A stretch of 64,000 bases of DNA from an uncultured virus (IMG/VR IMGVR_UViG_3300020180_001139) (lineage: Duplodnaviria > Heunggongvirae > Uroviricota > Caudoviricetes): IMG/VR virus record IMGVR_UViG_3300020180_001139, one strand, 5' to 3'. Numbering within the stretch: position 1 is the first letter of the stretch; each line of letters starts with the position of its first letter. A program made the translations under genes and the position numbers. Below the pieces are notes generated by a model, which saw nothing but the letters and a program-made list of their open reading frames with translations, made no database searches and was not told where the DNA came from. Positions 59,080-64,000 of this stretch are shown here, piece by piece.

Positions 59080-61380
59080 TTGTCGACCGAGTTCGAAACA
59101 TTTAAAAATAAACTTCTAAGTCTTGACCCGGTCTGGTTTTGTGAAAAGTTTCTAACTCTTGAAGGAAAGCCCTTCAGTCTTAGCGGCAATGGTTACAAAC
59201 CTTTCGCGGATATTTATCGATACATTGCGATCAAAGCGCTTGAGAACGATTCCAAGCCCGTAATCATTGTTAAGGGTCGTCAGGTCGGAGCCACCACCAT
59301 GGCTTCGGCGCTGGAAATGTATTTCATGGGCTGTGGGCTTTTCGGAACCGGAGGCAAGCCACCCATTAGGATCATGCATTGCTTTCCTCAATTGGAATTG
59401 GCATACGCGTATTCCAAAACAAAGCTTAATCCATTAATATCTAATTCTATTATGATCGAGACTGGCAAAAAAACTGCCAAGCCAAAATCATATTTTCAGT
59501 CTATTCTTGATCCGACCAGTCCTACGAATGATTCATTAAATTTCAAACAATTCATTGGTGGAAATCATATCTGGATCGAATCCACCGGAGATACGGCGGA
59601 CCGGATTCGTGGCCGTTCTGCGGATGTAATGATCTTCGACGAGTGTTTTCCATATAAACAATGCATCGAAACTATTGATGGTAAAGAACAGATTGGTAAA
59701 TTGTATGATGATTTTGCTGCTGGAAAGACACTGCCGTTAGTTAAAACTTTCAATGAGCAGACTAATGAATTTGAATATAAAAAAATAAATAAAGTATGGT
59801 TACGTGGAAAAAGAAAATTATTGCAAATAAAATGCGGGCATATAAAAATAAAATGTACTCCAGACCACAGGTTTCTAACTGAATCTGGCTGGTTGAGGAC
59901 TGATCAACTAACAATCGGAACATTACTAAAAACATCAGTCGGAACTAATCTTCATCTTAGAGCAGTTGAAAGCATCGTAGCGCTAAAAAAACAAGAAAAC
60001 GTCTACGATATCGGTGTTCAGGATAATCATAATTTTATTATTTGCCCTGATATAAAAGTTAAAAGTTTAGGTGGGCCGATCGCACATAATTGCCAGGATT
60101 TTTTACCAGCTGCTCTGGGTAACGCGACCAAGATTCTATCTCAGTCACGTTATGGAAAAAGCGGTGATGGCGTTCAGGTATTTTTCGGTACACCGAAACA
60201 ACGCGGATCTGAATTTTTTGAGATGTGGAATCAGTCTTCTCAACAATATTACCATCTTCATTGTGCCGGATGTGACAAATTCTTCCCGCTCTACACACCC
60301 GGATCTGACGAATGGGAAAAAACCTGGATAACCGGATTTACTGTAAAGTGCCCTTTTTGCGATCATCTTCAGGATAAAAGAAAAGCTGCCGAGTCTGGAA
60401 AGTGGGTTCCGCTGAAGGACCCGGCACAATGTAAGTTTGTTGGCTTTCATATGAGCCAATTATTCATTCCAACATTTCAAAAAGAGAAGATTCTCAGCGA
60501 AAAATCGGGCATCCATCCGATCAATACGGAACGCGTTTATATGAACGAGGTTTTGGGAGAGTTTTTCAACGGTGAAGTTGGCGTGATGACTCCCGAAGCC
60601 ATTCGGGCCAAATGTGGAGATCAGAGAAAATTCCGAGGATCGATTCCACAAGGATCCGAAGAATGTGTCGTCGCGGGGATCGATATCGGCGCGAAGGCCG
60701 ATATGGAACAGCTATTAGATTCGGATAAAATAAAGAGACAAGGTCAGAGCTACAGCTGCGTCGTCATCATGACCGTGGGCAGCCAGGGACGATTGAGTAT
60801 CGAGTACGCATGGAAATTCAAGCGTAACGATTATGCATCCAAAAAAGAGTTCTTGGATCATATCATGAGAATCTACAGTGTAAATATCGCTGTGTGCGAT
60901 ATCGGATATACGAATGACTTCTCTGAGATCATGCAGAATGAGTACGGTGATAGGTTCTTAGTGTCTCAGGCTTCGGCTCGGGTTAATGAGCATATAAAAT
61001 ACAATAAAGAAATTTTTCCCAAGACCATTACGTTTGAGAGAGATTATTATGTAGCTGAGCTGTACGATCAGATGAAAAAGGGAAATATAAGATTTCCATA
61101 TGGTGATTACGACAAGATCGGATGGTTGATTCAGCATTGTTCTAGTATGGAGATCAAGCCTTCCTTGAGTCGCGCCGGTGAAGTTACGCCGCATTATGTA
61201 AAAGGTTCGACTCCAAACGATGGATTTATGGCTCTTTTGAATGCATATCTGGCGTACAAATTTTGGCTAACAAAAGGGTTTACTGTAAAGAATCCTTTAT
61301 TATTTAATGATCAGTTCAGTAAGCAGTCTTCACGTCAACAAGTTCCGGCGGTTTTAGGTTATTTACCAAAAATGCGCTGA
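59080..61380 (+). CDS. terL: Terminase large subunit (lambda gpA-like) containing an intein
   Basis: KGRQVGATT Walker A, IFDE Walker B, FGTP, CAGC/CPFC, GFHMSQL, AGIDIG nuclease motif. Confidence 0.9.
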   Translation: MSTEFETFKNKLLSLDPVWFCEKFLTLEGKPFSLSGNGYKPFADIYRYIAIKALENDSKPVIIVKGRQVGATTMASALEMYFMGCGLFGTGGKPPIRIMHCFPQLELAYAYSKTKLNPLISNSIMIETGKKTAKPKSYFQSILDPTSPTNDSLNFKQFIGGNHIWIESTGDTADRIRGRSADVMIFDECFPYKQCIETIDGKEQIGKLYDDFAAGKTLPLVKTFNEQTNEFEYKKINKVWLRGKRKLLQIKCGHIKIKCTPDHRFLTESGWLRTDQLTIGTLLKTSVGTNLHLRAVESIVALKKQENVYDIGVQDNHNFIICPDIKVKSLGGPIAHNCQDFLPAALGNATKILSQSRYGKSGDGVQVFFGTPKQRGSEFFEMWNQSSQQYYHLHCAGCDKFFPLYTPGSDEWEKTWITGFTVKCPFCDHLQDKRKAAESGKWVPLKDPAQCKFVGFHMSQLFIPTFQKEKILSEKSGIHPINTERVYMNEVLGEFFNGEVGVMTPEAIRAKCGDQRKFRGSIPQGSEECVVAGIDIGAKADMEQLLDSDKIKRQGQSYSCVVIMTVGSQGRLSIEYAWKFKRNDYASKKEFLDHIMRIYSVNIAVCDIGYTNDFSEIMQNEYGDRFLVSQASARVNEHIKYNKEIFPKTITFERDYYVAELYDQMKKGNIRFPYGDYDKIGWLIQHCSSMEIKPSLSRAGEVTPHYVKGSTPNDGFMALLNAYLAYKFWLTKGFTVKNPLLFNDQFSKQSSRQQVPAVLGYLPKMR
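59644..60090 (+). mobile_element. 149-aa mini-intein (no homing endonuclease) in the terminase
   Basis: DE|CFPY..., block B CTPDHRF, block F VYDIGV..NHNF, block G AHN|C. Confidence 0.92.
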
Positions 61381-61423
61381 CGTGACAGCATCGATTCCCG
61401 GATAATTAGGGATATCATCAGTC

Positions 61424-62557
61424 ATGATGTCATGCATATCAATTCAAGCTGAGCTATTTAGAAAGAGGGCTTGTAACGGTCATGCCAAGTTAATTAATAA
61501 ATTGGCTGCCGCGGCCGTACAGGATCTTCCGCTGTTTATTTCGCAGCTTGGACGTTTCCTGGAACGTTTTAATAGTGATTATCTTAAAAGTGACGAAATG
61601 GAAGAACTTCAGGAAGACACTCCTCAGCTCTTCTTTACCGTATCTGGAATTAGTAAACGTCTTCAAAATATAAAAGAATTATTATTGGCATTCTACAATA
61701 CTGATGATGTCAGGGATCTGTCTAGATATTCAAAAGAAATAAATCAAGAAGCTGTTAATATAAATGAGGACATGGATAATATAAATAAATCAAATTCTGA
61801 AATATTTATATTTGAAGATGCGCGGGTTGATGATCTGATCGAACAAGTTTTGATGAAGGTCGCCGAGTTTTTAATAATTAAAGGAAACGAAAAAGAAATA
61901 TATAGCGATAATCTCAATGAAAAAGAAGATCCGGATGAAAAAGAAGATCCGGATGAAGATGAAGAGCCTGAATATATTTCAGAAGATCCTAAGGAAAATA
62001 CATTAACTCCAGAACAGAGAGAATATCAAAATAAAAAGTTAATAGAGAAAGAATTTAAAAACTTAACACCTCAACAAACAATTAATTTAAAAGAAATGAA
62101 TCGGCAAAACGAAAAAGCATTAGAGCGATTTAAATCTTGGTATGCTAAAAATAAAAATAATCCCAAATTTAGAGAAAAAGAAAAAAATCGTATTCGGCTA
62201 TACAGGGAACAAAATACAAGTGCCGTTGCCAATCAAGCCGAGCATACAAAAAAATATCGTAATAAGGTAATGAGTATAATTAATAAATTCAAAGAAATAA
62301 GAAAATCATATTTATATCTGGAAAATTTACGTAAAACACCGAAACAATTAGAAGAATTTAAGCAGGATAATAGTACTGAATATCAAAAAATATTATCTGA
62401 CTACGTTAGATATAAAAAATTACTGGAAAGTCCAGAAGAATATAATAAAGTTATGAACATTGTTAATAGCTATGAAGAAAGAAAGAAGAAAAATGTAGAA
62501 GTGGCACGGATTCGTCGTCAAAAGAAAAGAGAAGAATTAATGGCTGGAAAAGGTTAG
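61424..62557 (+). CDS. Hypothetical protein (acidic N-half, basic coiled-coil C-half)
   Basis: ORF between terL and portal; 18-bp duplication at 61917-61952. Confidence 0.65.
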   Translation: MMSCISIQAELFRKRACNGHAKLINKLAAAAVQDLPLFISQLGRFLERFNSDYLKSDEMEELQEDTPQLFFTVSGISKRLQNIKELLLAFYNTDDVRDLSRYSKEINQEAVNINEDMDNINKSNSEIFIFEDARVDDLIEQVLMKVAEFLIIKGNEKEIYSDNLNEKEDPDEKEDPDEDEEPEYISEDPKENTLTPEQREYQNKKLIEKEFKNLTPQQTINLKEMNRQNEKALERFKSWYAKNKNNPKFREKEKNRIRLYREQNTSAVANQAEHTKKYRNKVMSIINKFKEIRKSYLYLENLRKTPKQLEEFKQDNSTEYQKILSDYVRYKKLLESPEEYNKVMNIVNSYEERKKKNVEVARIRRQKKREELMAGKG

Positions 62558-62607
62558 CGCGTTTCGCGCCCGTGCCATGTCGTTTGATATATTGTTAGGT
62601 ACTAATA

Positions 62608-64000
62608 ATGAAATCCGCATCAGAAAGCTTTATAAATAATAGAGGTCCGACACTTTCAAGTAATGTTCCTAAATCGGTATCTCAATATCGTCGGGCGACT
62701 CTGGAAGAAGAAGTTAGTCAAGGACTCTATCGTAACGGACAATCCAATAATGAGCCTGAGCCTCGTTACAACGTAACATACCTCACTGGTATGTCCAAGA
62801 TGGCTACCCTTACATCGGGTAGCGCTGGGTCCGTTGGTACCCAATGGAGAGGCGGTAACGATACGGGCCGTTTAGGCCCGGAAATCTACTCTCCGTTATG
62901 GTTAAATTCGAATCTCTCCTTACCGAGAGATCTCGCAACCATCAATGCTTGGTGTCGATCCTTCTTTGCTCTGAATCCATTAGTTCATAATGCGATCAGT
63001 CTTCACAGCACCTATCCTATCAGTAAACTAAATATCAGATGTGCGGATAAGAGAGTTGAGCGGCATTTTAATGAAATGATCGAAGAAATCGATCTTATGA
63101 ATGTTTGCTGCCAGATTGCTCAAGAATATTGGCTGCTTGGTGAATCATTCATTTATGCCGAATTGGATGAGGCGACAGCCAAATGGAGTCGTCTTCTTAT
63201 CCAGAACCCTGATTATGTGGTGGTGCGGAAGACTGCCAATCCTAATGAACCCGTAATCATGTTGAGACCCGATGAGAATTTAAGAAGAATTGTCTTTTCT
63301 AAAAAACCAGCGGATCTCGAACAACAGAAACAATTAGGTCCGAGAATAGTACAGTACGTTCAACGTGGCCAGAATATTCCTCTTGATAATTTTTACATAT
63401 CGCACATTTCAAGAAAAATCAGCCCGTATTCGATCCGAGGCACTGGTCTACCGGTGAGTATATTTAGACAATTGATGTTATTTGACAAGCTGAGAGAGTC
63501 GAAGTTTGCTCAGGCTGAAGGAATGATAAATCCATTAACATTGGTAAAGGTCGGGTCGACAGATTATAAACCAACACCAGCGGATCTGGAAACCTGGAGA
63601 AATATATTTGCCGAAGCCCAAAGTGATAAAGATTTTAAGATCTTTACACATGAAGCCGTTACGGTTGAAAAGATAGGTTCGGGAACCGGCATTTATGATG
63701 TTGCTGGCGACATAACTCAGCTATTTAAAGAAATGTATACCGGATTGATGGTTCCATCAGTCCTAATGGATGGTGGGGGCGAGACCACGTATGCCAATGG
63801 TGGCGTTGCGTTGGATGTTCTGAGACAGCGTTACATGCAATTTAGAAATATGCTTGGGTCCTGGTTGAAGCGAAAAATTTTCGCCCCAATATCTAAAATC
63901 AACGGATTTTATGATTATAAGGATAAAGAGAAAATTCTAATCATTCCGGAGATTGATTGGAATCATATGTCACTGTTCGATACTGGAGATTACATACAAA
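62608..64000 (+). CDS. Portal protein (truncated at the window end; not in the ORF track)
   Basis: Open frame from the ATG at 62608 (MKSASES...) to the end; NPLVHNAI, EYWLLGESF, QNPDYV, HISRK.SPYS.RG; downstream of terL. Confidence 0.75.
   Translation, partial: MKSASESFINNRGPTLSSNVPKSVSQYRRATLEEEVSQGLYRNGQSNNEPEPRYNVTYLTGMSKMATLTSGSAGSVGTQWRGGNDTGRLGPEIYSPLWLNSNLSLPRDLATINAWCRSFFALNPLVHNAISLHSTYPISKLNIRCADKRVERHFNEMIEEIDLMNVCCQIAQEYWLLGESFIYAELDEATAKWSRLLIQNPDYVVVRKTANPNEPVIMLRPDENLRRIVFSKKPADLEQQKQLGPRIVQYVQRGQNIPLDNFYISHISRKISPYSIRGTGLPVSIFRQLMLFDKLRESKFAQAEGMINPLTLVKVGSTDYKPTPADLETWRNIFAEAQSDKDFKIFTHEAVTVEKIGSGTGIYDVAGDITQLFKEMYTGLMVPSVLMDGGGETTYANGGVALDVLRQRYMQFRNMLGSWLKRKIFAPISKINGFYDYKDKEKILIIPEIDWNHMSLFDTGDYIQ

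Overview
The window is a gene-dense, AT-rich (visibly well below 50% GC) segment of a large (jumbo-type) tailed dsDNA bacteriophage. It is almost entirely + strand and ends in a DNA-packaging module: a gpA-like large terminase with a mini-intein, then a truncated portal gene. It carries replication and recombination genes: DnaE, split DnaG primase, TopA, SbcCD, RecA, gp32-like SSB, RuvC-like, Cas4/RecB-like, FtsK and two HU-like proteins. It also carries many host-like translation and proteostasis genes (bS21, peptide deformylase-SEC-C, trigger factor, DnaJ, a ClpP/ClpR pair, an FtsH-type protease domain, DksA/TraR, two CCA-family nucleotidyltransferases) and likely counter-defence genes (Acb1-like 2H phosphoesterase, orphan Xre/MbcA and HicB-like antitoxin domains, Dps, AlkB). 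The most unusual observations are: (1) a recurrent K-x-A(S/N/Q) motif in head-region proteins and at module junctions, suggesting a capsid-targeting or maturation-cleavage signal; (2) an unannotated 20-aa poly-Cys leader ORF translationally coupled to a catalytically dead ClpP paralog; (3) a second CCA-like enzyme whose templating motif is replaced; (4) an unannotated frameshifted ADP-ribosyltransferase; (5) a candidate origin with GATC iterons and a G-quadruplex motif. All calls come from motif recognition by eye; no database searches were run. No tRNA, rRNA or CRISPR array was recognised.
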